Source: an uncultured Ilumatobacteraceae bacterium (GTDB lineage: Bacteria > Actinomycetota > Acidimicrobiia > Acidimicrobiales > Ilumatobacteraceae). From it: a stretch of DNA of 34,073 bases. The notes beneath the pieces were generated by a model. The model was not told where the DNA came from, made no database searches, and saw only the letters and a program-made list of their open reading frames with translations. Location: the NCBI GenBank assembly GCA_964428115.1, contig CAYRXQ010000004.1, positions 1-34,073 on the forward strand. The letters are read 5' to 3'. The position numbers and the translations under genes are program-made. This document shows, piece after piece, positions 25,297 through 33,788 of this stretch; the first letter of the stretch is position 1, and each line of letters starts with the position of its first letter.

Positions 25297-26660
25297 CGCT
25301 CGGCGAGCCGTTGGACGCGTGCGGCCACCCGGGCGTGCTCGGCGAGCAGGTCGTCGACCCGCGGCGAGACGAGCCGACCGTCGCGCACGATCTGACGACC
25401 GTGGACGACGGTGTCGCGAACCGAGACCGGCCCACAGCGCAGCCAGGCCTCGATCGGGTCGGCCAGCGCACCGGCGAAGGTCGGCCCGGTGAGCGACCAG
25501 ACTGCCACGTCGCCGACGGCACCGACGGCCAGCACCCCGAGCTCGCCCTCGCGACCGAGGCACCCGGCGCCGCCGAGCGTCGCCATCTCGAGGGCCATCC
25601 GCGCCGTGCCCGCGGCCGCACCGTCGCGCAGCTTGGCCAGCAGCATCGCCTGACGGGCCTCGAGCCACAGCGAGCCGGCATCGGCCGAGGACGACCCGTC
25701 GACCCCGAGGCCGACCTTGACCCCCGCGGCGCGCATCGGGACGATCGGGGCGATTCCCGAGGACAGGATGAGGTTGCTCGACGGGCAGTGGGCCACGCCG
25801 ATGCCGGCCGCGCCGAGGCGGTGGACCTCGTCGTGGTCGGGCATCACGCAGTGCGCGACCCAGGTGCGATCGGTGCACCACCCGGTGCGCTCGAGATACT
25901 CCATCGGGCGACACCCGAACGTGGCCAGGCTGAACTCGTCGTCCTCGGCGTTCTCGGCGAAGTGGGTGTGCAGCCGCACGTCGAGCCGCTCGGCCAGCTC
26001 GGCCGTTCGCACCATCAACGATTCGGTGACGCTGAAGGGCGAGCACGGTGCGAGCGCGATCCGCGTCATGGCGCCGTGCCCACGGTCGTGGTGGCGCGCC
26101 ACCGCCTCCTCGCAGGCCGCCAGGATGTCGTCGTCGTCCGCGACCACGTCGTCGGGTGGCAGCCCACCGTCCTTCTCCGACAGCGACATCGAGCCGCGGG
26201 TCGGGTGGAAGCGCATCCCCAGATCGCGCGCCGCCTCGATCTCGGCGGTGAGGAGATCACCGGCGCCACGGGGATGCAGGTACAGGTGGTCGGTCGAGGT
26301 GGTGCACCCCGAGAGCGCCAGCTCGGCCAGCCCGATCCAGGCCGACACGTGGACCGACTCGGTGTCGATGGCCCGCCACAGCGGGTACAGCGACTGCAGC
26401 CAGCCGAAGAGCGGCTTGTCGGTCATCGTCGGGTTGGCCCGCGTCAGGTTCTGGAACAGGTGATGGTGGGTGTTGACCAGGCCCGGCGTGACGAGGCAGT
26501 CGGTGGCGTCGATGACCGCGGTCGCCGGCGGTGCCGGCCCGGTGCCGACGGCTTCGACCAGCCCGTCGCGGATCGCCACCCAGCCACCGGCGAGCTCGCG
26601 TCGCTCGGCGTCCATCGTGGCCACGCACCGGGCGTTCGCGATCACCAGATCGGCGGTCAC
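25293..26660 (-). CDS. Amidohydrolase-superfamily deaminase, 8-oxoguanine-deaminase-like
   Basis: 455 aa counted from the GTG at 26660, which overlaps the upstream stop (GTGA). It has the metal-binding segment PGLVNTHHHLFQNLTR, LFGWLQSLYPLW, HTHFAE, VAHCV and GLGVDGSSS, as in the 8-oxoguanine/guanine deaminase subgroup. Confidence 0.8.
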   Translation of the reverse strand: MTADLVIANARCVATMDAERRELAGGWVAIRDGLVEAVGTGPAPPATAVIDATDCLVTPGLVNTHHHLFQNLTRANPTMTDKPLFGWLQSLYPLWRAIDTESVHVSAWIGLAELALSGCTTSTDHLYLHPRGAGDLLTAEIEAARDLGMRFHPTRGSMSLSEKDGGLPPDDVVADDDDILAACEEAVARHHDRGHGAMTRIALAPCSPFSVTESLMVRTAELAERLDVRLHTHFAENAEDDEFSLATFGCRPMEYLERTGWCTDRTWVAHCVMPDHDEVHRLGAAGIGVAHCPSSNLILSSGIAPIVPMRAAGVKVGLGVDGSSSADAGSLWLEARQAMLLAKLRDGAAAGTARMALEMATLGGAGCLGREGELGVLAVGAVGDVAVWSLTGPTFAGALADPIEAWLRCGPVSVRDTVVHGRQIVRDGRLVSPRVDDLLAEHARVAARVQRLAER

Positions 26661-28027
26661 GCCAACGTGTCCAGGATCAGCGCGATGTCGTCGACGGTGG
26701 TGAGCGGGTTGACGATGCAGATCCGCAGGATGGTCTCGCCGTTCCAGGTGGTGGGCACGACGAAGGCCGTCCCCTCGGCGAGCTCCCGGTCGCTCCACGC
26801 CTGGTACTGCTCGGGTGTCCAGCCGACCCGTCGGAACATCACCACCGAGAGCTCGGGTTCGAGCAGCAGCTCGGTGTGGGGCGCCGCGTCGACGAGCCGC
26901 GCCGCTTCGCGGGTGACGCGCAGGTTGGCCTCGATCGCCTCGGTGTAGGCGTCGGTGCCGTGGGTCGCGAGGCTGAACCACAGCGGCAGGCCGCGGGCGC
27001 GGCGCGACAGGTGGTGGGCGTAGTCGCTCGGGTTCCAGGGTTGCTCGGCGCCGACGTGGAGCACGTCGAGGTACTCGGCGTGCTGGGTGTGGGCACGTCG
27101 GGCGATCTCGGGGTCGCGGTAGAGCAGGGCGCAGGAGTCGAACGGGGCGAACAGCCACTTGTGCGGATCGACGATGAAGGAGTCGGCCTGCTCCACCCCC
27201 GTGTAGCGGTGGCGGATGCTCGGGGCGGCCAGACCGGCGCCGCCGTAGGCCCCGTCGACGTGCATCCACACCTCGTGCTCGGTGCACACCTCGGCGGTTG
27301 CGGCCAGGTCGTCGATCACCCCGGCGTTGGTGGTGCCCGCGGTGGCCACGACGGCGAAGAGCCGCCCGAGGTCCTCGGGTGCGAGCCCGTCGATGGTGTC
27401 GCGCAGTGCGGCGCCGGTGAGGCGACCGTCGGCGTCGGCTGGGACGACGACCACGTCGGCGTCCATGGCACGCCCGGCCTGGGCGACCGAGGAGTGGGCG
27501 CCCGAGGAGGTCACCATCAGCCCGCGGGTCCGATCGTGGCGGCCCTCGGCCCGGTCGCGCCACCGCCAGCGGGCGGCGATGAGGGCACTCAGGTTGCCGG
27601 CGGTGCCACCGCTCACGAACACCCCGCCGGCCTCGGCGGGCAGCCCGGCCAGGTCGGCGATCCAGCGCAGGGCCTCGTTCTCGGCGAACACCGCGCCGGC
27701 ACCCTCGAGCCACGACCCGGCGTAGACGCTCGACGCACCGACCACGAGGTCGAACAGGATCGAGGCCTCGGTGGGCGCGGCGGGCACGAACGACAGGAAC
27801 CGGGGATGGTCCACCGAGATGCAGGCCGGCGCCAGGACGTCGCCGTAGACGCGCAGGGCCTCGAGACCCCCCAGCCCACCGGGGGTGACGGTGCGCCCGG
27901 CCATCGCGGCCAGCTCGGCTCGGGTGCGGCTGCCGTCCAAGGGCGGCGGGTTCAGGCGGACCCGGTCGACGGCGTAGCGGACGATGGCCTGGGTCAGGAC
28001 CTCGGTCGAGGCGTCGTGGAGGTGCAC
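26657..28027 (-). CDS. Group II pyridoxal-phosphate-dependent amino-acid decarboxylase
   Basis: 456 aa. It has SGGTAGNLSAL, HVDGAYGG and the PLP-lysine motif DPHKWLFAP. The substrate cannot be assigned. Confidence 0.85.
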   Translation of the reverse strand: MHLHDASTEVLTQAIVRYAVDRVRLNPPPLDGSRTRAELAAMAGRTVTPGGLGGLEALRVYGDVLAPACISVDHPRFLSFVPAAPTEASILFDLVVGASSVYAGSWLEGAGAVFAENEALRWIADLAGLPAEAGGVFVSGGTAGNLSALIAARWRWRDRAEGRHDRTRGLMVTSSGAHSSVAQAGRAMDADVVVVPADADGRLTGAALRDTIDGLAPEDLGRLFAVVATAGTTNAGVIDDLAATAEVCTEHEVWMHVDGAYGGAGLAAPSIRHRYTGVEQADSFIVDPHKWLFAPFDSCALLYRDPEIARRAHTQHAEYLDVLHVGAEQPWNPSDYAHHLSRRARGLPLWFSLATHGTDAYTEAIEANLRVTREAARLVDAAPHTELLLEPELSVVMFRRVGWTPEQYQAWSDRELAEGTAFVVPTTWNGETILRICIVNPLTTVDDIALILDTLA

Positions 28028-28042
28028 GGAGGCCGACCGACG

Positions 28043-28198
28043 TCAGTCGTCGAGTTCGAGCAGCTCGCTGCCCTCGTGGCGGACCTGCGCGTCCTTCCAG
28101 AGGACCTGGCCGATGAGCGCCGAAGCGACGGCACCGCTCATGAGCACGGCGACGGGGATCGCCAGGAGCACGATGATGATGGCGATGACACCGGGCAT
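28043..28198 (-). CDS. Small (51 aa) single-pass membrane protein, absent from the ORF track
   Basis: My hand translation gives MPGVIAIIIVLLAIPVAVLMSGAVASALIGQVLWKDAQVRHEGSELLELDD. It fills the tag-to-decarboxylase gap almost exactly, with 4 nt after the tag stop and 15 nt before the decarboxylase start. It has a hydrophobic N-terminal helix and a charged tail. No clear SD is present. Confidence 0.4.
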   Translation of the reverse strand: MPGVIAIIIVLLAIPVAVLMSGAVASALIGQVLWKDAQVRHEGSELLELDD

Positions 28199-28202
28199 CG
28201 GC

Positions 28203-28763
28203 TCAGGCTAGCCCGGCGCACTCGCCGTGCCGGAAGCAGGTGGTCACATGGTCGTTCACCATGCCGGTGGCCTGCATGAAGGCGTAGCAGATCGTCGGCC
28301 CGACGAACCGGAAGCCCCGACGCTTCAGCTCCTTGCTCATGGCCTGCGAGTCGGGGTCCTCGGCGGGCAGCTCGGCCATCGACGCGAACGCGTGCTGGCG
28401 GGGCGTGCCGTCGACGAAGCCCCACAGGAACCCCACCGGGTCGTCGAGCTCGAGCCAGGACCGGGCGTTGTCGATGGCGGCTGCCACCTTGGCCCGGTTG
28501 CGCACGATGCCGGGATCGGCGAGCAGGCGTGCCACGTCGTCGGCGTCGAATTCGGCGACGACGGCCGGGTCGAAGTCGGCGAAGGCGAGGCGGTAGGTGG
28601 GGATCTTGCGCAGGATCGTGAGCCACGACAGACCGGCCTGGGCGCCCTCGAGGATCAGGAACTCGAACAGCCCGCGCTCGTCGCGCAGCGGGACGCCCCA
28701 GACCTCGTCGTGGTACTCGACGTACTCGGGTGCGCCGAGGCACCACTCGCAGCGGTCGGACAC
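28203..28763 (-). CDS. tag: DNA-3-methyladenine glycosylase I
   Basis: 186 aa counted from the GTG at 28763, 2 nt after the ridA stop. It has the Tag zinc-snap Cys/His pattern (CEWC...YHDxEWG...H..C) and FEFLILEGAQAGLSWLTILRK. The length matches E. coli Tag. Confidence 0.9.
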   Translation of the reverse strand: MSDRCEWCLGAPEYVEYHDEVWGVPLRDERGLFEFLILEGAQAGLSWLTILRKIPTYRLAFADFDPAVVAEFDADDVARLLADPGIVRNRAKVAAAIDNARSWLELDDPVGFLWGFVDGTPRQHAFASMAELPAEDPDSQAMSKELKRRGFRFVGPTICYAFMQATGMVNDHVTTCFRHGECAGLA

Positions 28764-28765
28764 CG

Positions 28766-29119
28766 TCAGCTCAGGGGTGCGTACGCCCAGGCTTCGATCT
28801 CGACGTTCACCCCACCGGGGAGTGCCGAGACCTCGACCGTCGAGCGCGCCGGGCGGTGATCCCCGAATCCGGCCACGTAGGCCTCGTTGAACTCGGCGAA
28901 GGTGCCCATGTCGGTCAGGAAGCACATGGTCTTGACGACCTGGCCCAACTCGACGCCCATCTCCTCGAGGCGGGCCGTCAGGTTGGCGATGACCTGCGCG
29001 GTCTGGCCGGCGACGCCGCCGTCGACGATCACGCCGTCGCGCATGCCCACCTGACCGGAGACGATGACGAGGTCACCCGCGCGGACGGCGGGCGTGTAGG
29101 GGCCGAGGGGCTTGTTCAT
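28766..29119 (-). CDS. ridA: RidA/YjgF-family reactive-intermediate deaminase
   Basis: 117 aa from the ATG at 29119. The translation reads MNKPLGPYTPAVRAGDLVIVSGQVG...QTAQVIANL...VVKTMCFLTDMGTFAEFNEAY...PARSTVEVSALPGGVNVEIEAWA. Confidence 0.9.
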   Translation of the reverse strand: MNKPLGPYTPAVRAGDLVIVSGQVGMRDGVIVDGGVAGQTAQVIANLTARLEEMGVELGQVVKTMCFLTDMGTFAEFNEAYVAGFGDHRPARSTVEVSALPGGVNVEIEAWAYAPLS

Positions 29120-29153
29120 GGATGCCGACCGTAGCCGCGATGGGCGGCGTGGC

Positions 29154-30698
29154 TCAGCGGGCGCAGGGCCAGTGGGTCGGGAAGCCGGCATGCCGCCAGG
29201 CAGCCAGCGCGACGGCTGCGAACACGGCGTCGGAGCCGTTGACCGGCGGGCCGTCGTCGGGTTCCACGGTCACGTGGATCGGCGGGGTGTCCACGGCTCG
29301 CAGGACGCCGAAGGATCGGATGGTGAGATCCAGCGGCACCCCGCCCGCGTCGACGGCGAGGCCCTCGGAGCGGACCCAGCCGAGCGCCATGTGCGCGGCG
29401 CCGGTGGCGTAGCTGCGCAGCACCGTCTCGTCGAGCGGATCGCCGCAGCGCACCGTCACGTGGACGGCACCGGTCTCGTCGATCCGTGCGGTGGCCATGC
29501 CGCCCGCGGGCGAGGTGATGCGATCGACCGCGACGTCGCTCGCCGCCGCGAGGAGCACGGCCGCCTCGGCCCAGCCGGCGGCTCGGAGCTCCACCGAGGT
29601 CGGCGGCCCGGCGACCTCGAGCTCGACCACCTCGAGCCCGGGCGCGACCGACGCGATGGCCGTCGCGATGCCGGGGGTCCGGGCGATGTGGACGACGCCG
29701 GTGCCGTCGGCGCGGACCCCGGCCGCGATCGGCGGGCGCTTGGGCCCGAGGCGCACCACGTCCTCGCGCGACCACTGCACGAGCACCGGGCGGCCGTGCT
29801 CGCGGGCCAGGCGTCGGGCCACCTCACCCACCTCGGTGCGACGCTTGCCGCCGAAGGCGCCGGCGTTGCCCAGCGCGCTCACCGGCTCGCCGCCCGGCTC
29901 GCACCAGGCGGCGTCGGGCTCGAGGTAGGCCGGCTCCACCCAGGTGGTGCGCAACGTGCGGACCCAGTCGCCCTCGGGCAGCTCGATCGGCCACTGCAGC
30001 GCGGCGGTGGTGCGGCGGCCCTGGACCTTGCCGCTGCGGGCGCGCGCCTCGGCCAGGTGCTCGCCCACGACGTACGACCCGTCGGCGGCACGGACGGCCA
30101 CCAGCGCGTCGGCCGGCGCGGTGTCGGCGGCGAACCCGCCGCGTCCGAGTGCCACCTCGGGGCCGACGCGTTGCGGGTCGCCACCCTCGATCTCGGCACG
30201 CCGGGCTGCGGCGGTGCGGTCGCGAGCCGGGTCAGCCGGGTCGGAGCCGGTCGGGCTCGGGCCGGCGGCGATCGCGTCGAACACACCCGCCCATCCGGTG
30301 CACCGGCAGAGGTGCGCGAGCAGGGCCCGTCCGACGACGGCCCGGTCGGCCCGCTCCCCGCTGCCCAGCGCAGCCGCCCGCACCACGATCCCGGGGGTGC
30401 AGAACCCGCACTGCGTGGCGCCGCACGCGGCGAACGAAGCAGCCCACTCCGCGGCGTCGGGCAACCCGTCGACGGTGGTGACGGCGCGGCCGGCGATGCG
30501 GCCGAGGGGGGTGACGCATGCGACCCGCGGTGCGCCGTCGACGAGCACGGTGCAGCAGCCGCACTGACCCTGCGGGCTGCAGCCGTCCTTGGCCGAGTGC
30601 ACGCCGAGCCGGTCGCGCAGCGCATCGAGGAGGGTCCCGCCCGTCGGCACGCTGACCACCCGGCCGTCGAGCGTGAACGACACGACGGGTTCGGTCAC
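29154..30698 (-). CDS. Fusion protein: CoxS-type double [2Fe-2S] domain plus a short xanthine-dehydrogenase/aldehyde-oxidase-family molybdopterin-binding-like domain
   Basis: The Cys clusters are CSPQGQCGCC...C and CGFCTPG...CRCTGW. These are followed by XDH-family-like segments (VEPAYLEPDAAW, NAGAFGGK, RPVLVQWSREDV). The GTG at 30698 overlaps the upstream stop (GTGA). Confidence 0.7.
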   Translation of the reverse strand: MTEPVVSFTLDGRVVSVPTGGTLLDALRDRLGVHSAKDGCSPQGQCGCCTVLVDGAPRVACVTPLGRIAGRAVTTVDGLPDAAEWAASFAACGATQCGFCTPGIVVRAAALGSGERADRAVVGRALLAHLCRCTGWAGVFDAIAAGPSPTGSDPADPARDRTAAARRAEIEGGDPQRVGPEVALGRGGFAADTAPADALVAVRAADGSYVVGEHLAEARARSGKVQGRRTTAALQWPIELPEGDWVRTLRTTWVEPAYLEPDAAWCEPGGEPVSALGNAGAFGGKRRTEVGEVARRLAREHGRPVLVQWSREDVVRLGPKRPPIAAGVRADGTGVVHIARTPGIATAIASVAPGLEVVELEVAGPPTSVELRAAGWAEAAVLLAAASDVAVDRITSPAGGMATARIDETGAVHVTVRCGDPLDETVLRSYATGAAHMALGWVRSEGLAVDAGGVPLDLTIRSFGVLRAVDTPPIHVTVEPDDGPPVNGSDAVFAAVALAAWRHAGFPTHWPCAR

Positions 30699-31129
30699 GA
30701 GGGCGGACCCTCGTGACCGGCGCGCAGCTCGCTCACGAACCGTCGGAACTCCTCCCACCGGCCCTCGGCGAGCAGCCCGGCCTGGTACGGCCAGGTCGTC
30801 GGGTCCTGACCGCGGACCCGCGCGCCGGCGTCGTCGAGCAGGGTCTGCAGCAGCGACACCTCGGTGGCGGCGAGGTCGGCCCAGGTCACGATCCCGATGC
30901 CGTGGCAGAGCTCGGCCGCCGACGCTCCGAGCCCCTCGATCACGGTGAGGTCGTCGGGCGTCAGGTCCGGGGTGATCGGCGGCGGTGCGTCTCGCAGCCG
31001 CGCCACCTCGGCACGCAGGCGACGGATCGTGCGCGACGCCGTGACGCTGCGCACCAGGAGGCCGATGACGAACCCGAGTCCGAGCGCGAGCAGCACCCAG
31101 ATGATCCCTTTGGCGAGCGTGTACGGCAT
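30695..31129 (-). CDS. Membrane-anchored helix-hairpin-helix domain protein
   Basis: 144 aa. It has an N-terminal TM helix (IIWVLLALGLGFVIGLLV), a coiled basic segment, and then an HhH-like segment DDLTVIEGLGASAAELCHGIGIVTWADLA. Confidence 0.6.
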   Translation of the reverse strand: MPYTLAKGIIWVLLALGLGFVIGLLVRSVTASRTIRRLRAEVARLRDAPPPITPDLTPDDLTVIEGLGASAAELCHGIGIVTWADLAATEVSLLQTLLDDAGARVRGQDPTTWPYQAGLLAEGRWEEFRRFVSELRAGHEGPPS

Positions 31130-31130
31130 G

Positions 31131-32693
31131 TCACCCCAATGTTGCCAGCCGGACCACGAACTCGATGCGCCGGCTCGCCTCGACGTCCTCGACGCCGTCG
31201 ACGCGGATCGGCTCGAGACCGCCCCGGGCCTCGACGCGCAGCATCGCCCGTGGGAGACCGCGAGCGAGGAGCTCGTCGCGAACCGCCTCGGCGCGGACCC
31301 GGCTCAGCTCGAGGTTGGCGTCGTCGTCACCGGTGCTGTCGGTGTGCCCGACCAGGGTGACGACGAGGCCGTCGACCCGTCGCAGCGCAGCGGCGATCAG
31401 ATCGAGCACCACCTCGGCGTCCGCGGGCGCGACGGATCCCGGTGCGAAGGAGAGCGGCCGATCCACGAGCAGCGCGGCGATCCGACGCTGCACGTCGAGC
31501 GCAGCGTCCTCGGTGGCCGCCGGCCGAGGTTCGGTGTCGACCATGGCCATGGTCTCGTCGAGGAGCTCGACCAGCCGGTCCCGAGCCGTGTCGTCCACGT
31601 GGATCCCGACGACCCGGACGGCCAGGACACCGTCGCCGTCGAGCACCTCCACTCGGCCCGAGACCAGCAGGCGCGGCAGCTCGGCCGCGACCGCGGTGAG
31701 CGCGTCGAGGATCTCGGTCGGGAGGCCCCTGCCCTCGGCGATCACGAGCTCGTCGTCGACGAGGTCGGGGTGTGCGCCACCGTGGGTCGCGACGACGAGC
31801 ACGAACTGCTCCTCGACGGATCCGACCGACCCCGTGAGGGCGACGCGTCCGCCCTCCACGGCCACCGACAGCACCGGGTCGACGGGCTCCTCGACGAGGG
31901 CGTCGGGGAGCAGGACGGTGTCGACGGCGTGGACGACCCCGTCGGCCGCCACCAGGTCGCGCCCGATCACGGTGGCCTCGTCGACACGCACGAGCGCACC
32001 GCGCCGGGCGACCGTGACGGTGGTGCCAGCCAAGGTGTCGGCGGGCCCGGCGGTGAGCTCGGCGGCGAGCAGGGCCCCGGGGACGACGTGGTGGCCGAGC
32101 AGTCGGGCGAGGAGGTCGGGATCGCGTCGAAGCTGCGCGAGGACATCGGCCGGTACCTGCTCGAAGGCCTGATCGGTGGGGGCGAAGACGGTGAGCGGGG
32201 CCTCACCGAAGCCCGCCGTGAGCGTGCCCGACTCCATCAGGAGGACGGCCAGCACCGAGAAGCGCGGGTCGTCGCGCAGCACCTCGAGCACCGAGTCGAA
32301 CGGCGGTACGTCGCCGACGACGGTGGCCGGCGTGGTCGGTGGCGGGGTCGTGGGGTCGGCCCCGACGCGGACGTCGGGGGCGCGGTTGACCCGACAGCCC
32401 CGTTCGAGCTCGATCACGTCGACGCCGCGCAGGGCCACGAGCGAGGCGACGACCGCCTCGGGATCGGCGAGCGGGGTCGCACACACGACGGTGCCCGACT
32501 GGCCCGAGAAGCTCGCGACGGCCCCGGCGACCCCGAGCCGGTCGAGCTCGTCGGCCGCACGCGCCGCCAGGTCGCGCTCGACCGCACGCACGAACATCGG
32601 TGCGCCCACGCCGAGGAGCACGACCGTGAGCAGGCCGCCAAGGAGCAGGACCCGACGGCGGGCGGTCCGCACGGACGCGTCAGACGACGGCAT
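31131..32693 (-). CDS. Membrane-anchored fasciclin (FAS1) domain protein with a C-terminal OmpA/MotB-like peptidoglycan-binding domain
   Basis: 520 aa. It has a TM anchor, FAS1 motifs (LTVFAPTDQAF ... GVVHAVDTVLLP) and an OmpA-like C-terminus (LVGHTDSTGDDDANLELSRVRAEAVRDEL). Confidence 0.75.
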   Translation of the reverse strand: MPSSDASVRTARRRVLLLGGLLTVVLLGVGAPMFVRAVERDLAARAADELDRLGVAGAVASFSGQSGTVVCATPLADPEAVVASLVALRGVDVIELERGCRVNRAPDVRVGADPTTPPPTTPATVVGDVPPFDSVLEVLRDDPRFSVLAVLLMESGTLTAGFGEAPLTVFAPTDQAFEQVPADVLAQLRRDPDLLARLLGHHVVPGALLAAELTAGPADTLAGTTVTVARRGALVRVDEATVIGRDLVAADGVVHAVDTVLLPDALVEEPVDPVLSVAVEGGRVALTGSVGSVEEQFVLVVATHGGAHPDLVDDELVIAEGRGLPTEILDALTAVAAELPRLLVSGRVEVLDGDGVLAVRVVGIHVDDTARDRLVELLDETMAMVDTEPRPAATEDAALDVQRRIAALLVDRPLSFAPGSVAPADAEVVLDLIAAALRRVDGLVVTLVGHTDSTGDDDANLELSRVRAEAVRDELLARGLPRAMLRVEARGGLEPIRVDGVEDVEASRRIEFVVRLATLG

Positions 32694-32720
32694 CGTGCCG
32701 AGAGCGAACGCCGCCGCGGC

Positions 32721-33044
32721 TCAGGAGAAGCTCTGGCCGCAGCCGCAGGTGCGGCTGGCGTTGGGGTTCGTGATCGCGAACCCGGACTGGTCGAGACCGT
32801 CCTTGTAGTCGAGCGTGGCGCCCTGGAGGAGCTGCGCCGAGGCCGGGTCGACCACGACGCGTACGGCCTCACCGAAGAGCGCCTGCTCGTCGTCGGTGGC
32901 GATGTCGCCGTCGAAGAACATCTCGTACGAGAAGCCGCTGCACCCGCCGGGGCGCACGGCGACGCGGAGGGCCAGCTCGTTGGCACCCTCGGCTTCGAGC
33001 AGTTCCTTGACCTTGCTGGCGGCGGTGTCGGTGAGCGTGATCAT
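32721..33044 (-). CDS. erpA: HesB/IscA/ErpA-family iron-sulfur cluster insertion protein
   Basis: 107 aa. It has ALRVAVRPGGCSGFSY and a C-terminal CGCGQSF. GAGAGGAGAAA lies upstream of the ATG. Confidence 0.9.
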   Translation of the reverse strand: MITLTDTAASKVKELLEAEGANELALRVAVRPGGCSGFSYEMFFDGDIATDDEQALFGEAVRVVVDPASAQLLQGATLDYKDGLDQSGFAITNPNASRTCGCGQSFS

Positions 33045-33077
33045 CGGTGAATTTCTCCTCTCGCGGTAGTGGAAATG

Positions 33078-33749
33078 TTACCGGGACCGTACGGCCACCT
33101 GGCAAGGGGTGCGGTGCGCCAGGGTGCAGAACTCGCGCACCTCGGTGTCACCCATGCGTTCGACGAACCCGGCGACCAGTCCTCGGTGCAGGGAGCAGAC
33201 CAGTTCGGGGTGCTCGGTGGCGGCGTCGGCGAACGGGCAGTGCGCGAACGCGACGACGGCGGTGTCCTCGTCGTCGCCCTCCGACACCACCGGATCGAAC
33301 CCGAGCCGGTCGAGGTCCGAGACGAGCGCCTCCAGACTCGAGGGTGCGTCGAGGTAGCGGGCGGCGCGGTGGCTGCCCTCGTCCCATCCGACCGCCTCGG
33401 CGTCGTCGGAGCGGGCCCCGACACGGGAGGCCAGGCCGAGCACGAGGCGGGCCAGCAGGGGCAGCCGCGGCGGCTCGAGCCCGAGCGAGGGGGCGCCCGG
33501 GGCCACCGAGTAGCGGTGCTGCGGGCGACCCACCTCGCCGCGGGCGGTCGACTCGACCTGGACCAGCCCGACGTCGCGCATGCGCTCGAGGTGCGGCCGC
33601 ACGGTGTTGGGGTGGAGATCGAGGGTCTCGGCGATCTCGGCCGTGGTCAGTGGCCGGACCGCACCGAGCAGCTCGGTGTAGATGGCGAAGCGCGTGTTGT
33701 CGCCGAGTGCCTTCAGCAGATCGAGCGTGCTGGTGGCCGGTTCGAGCAC
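33078..33749 (-). CDS. ArsR-type winged-HTH transcriptional regulator with a C-terminal four-Cys domain (SufR-like candidate)
   Basis: 223 aa with a GTG start. The HTH reads LLKALGDNTRFAIYTELL...LTTAEIAETLDLHPNTVRPHLERMRDVGLV. The C-terminal pattern is C-x13-C-x22-C-x7-C. Confidence 0.8.
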   Translation of the reverse strand: MLEPATSTLDLLKALGDNTRFAIYTELLGAVRPLTTAEIAETLDLHPNTVRPHLERMRDVGLVQVESTARGEVGRPQHRYSVAPGAPSLGLEPPRLPLLARLVLGLASRVGARSDDAEAVGWDEGSHRAARYLDAPSSLEALVSDLDRLGFDPVVSEGDDEDTAVVAFAHCPFADAATEHPELVCSLHRGLVAGFVERMGDTEVREFCTLAHRTPCQVAVRSR

Positions 33750-33788
33750 GGGACGAGATTACACGGCCGCGACCGGTAAAATGTCGGC

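Noticed and set aside
26531-28279. 582-aa plus-strand ORF opposite the decarboxylase gene, and the 30864-33050 728-aa plus-strand ORF opposite the fasciclin-OmpA and erpA genes
   Set aside because: Both are antisense shadow ORFs with low-complexity Arg/Gly/Asp composition. The opposite strand carries motif-bearing genes.
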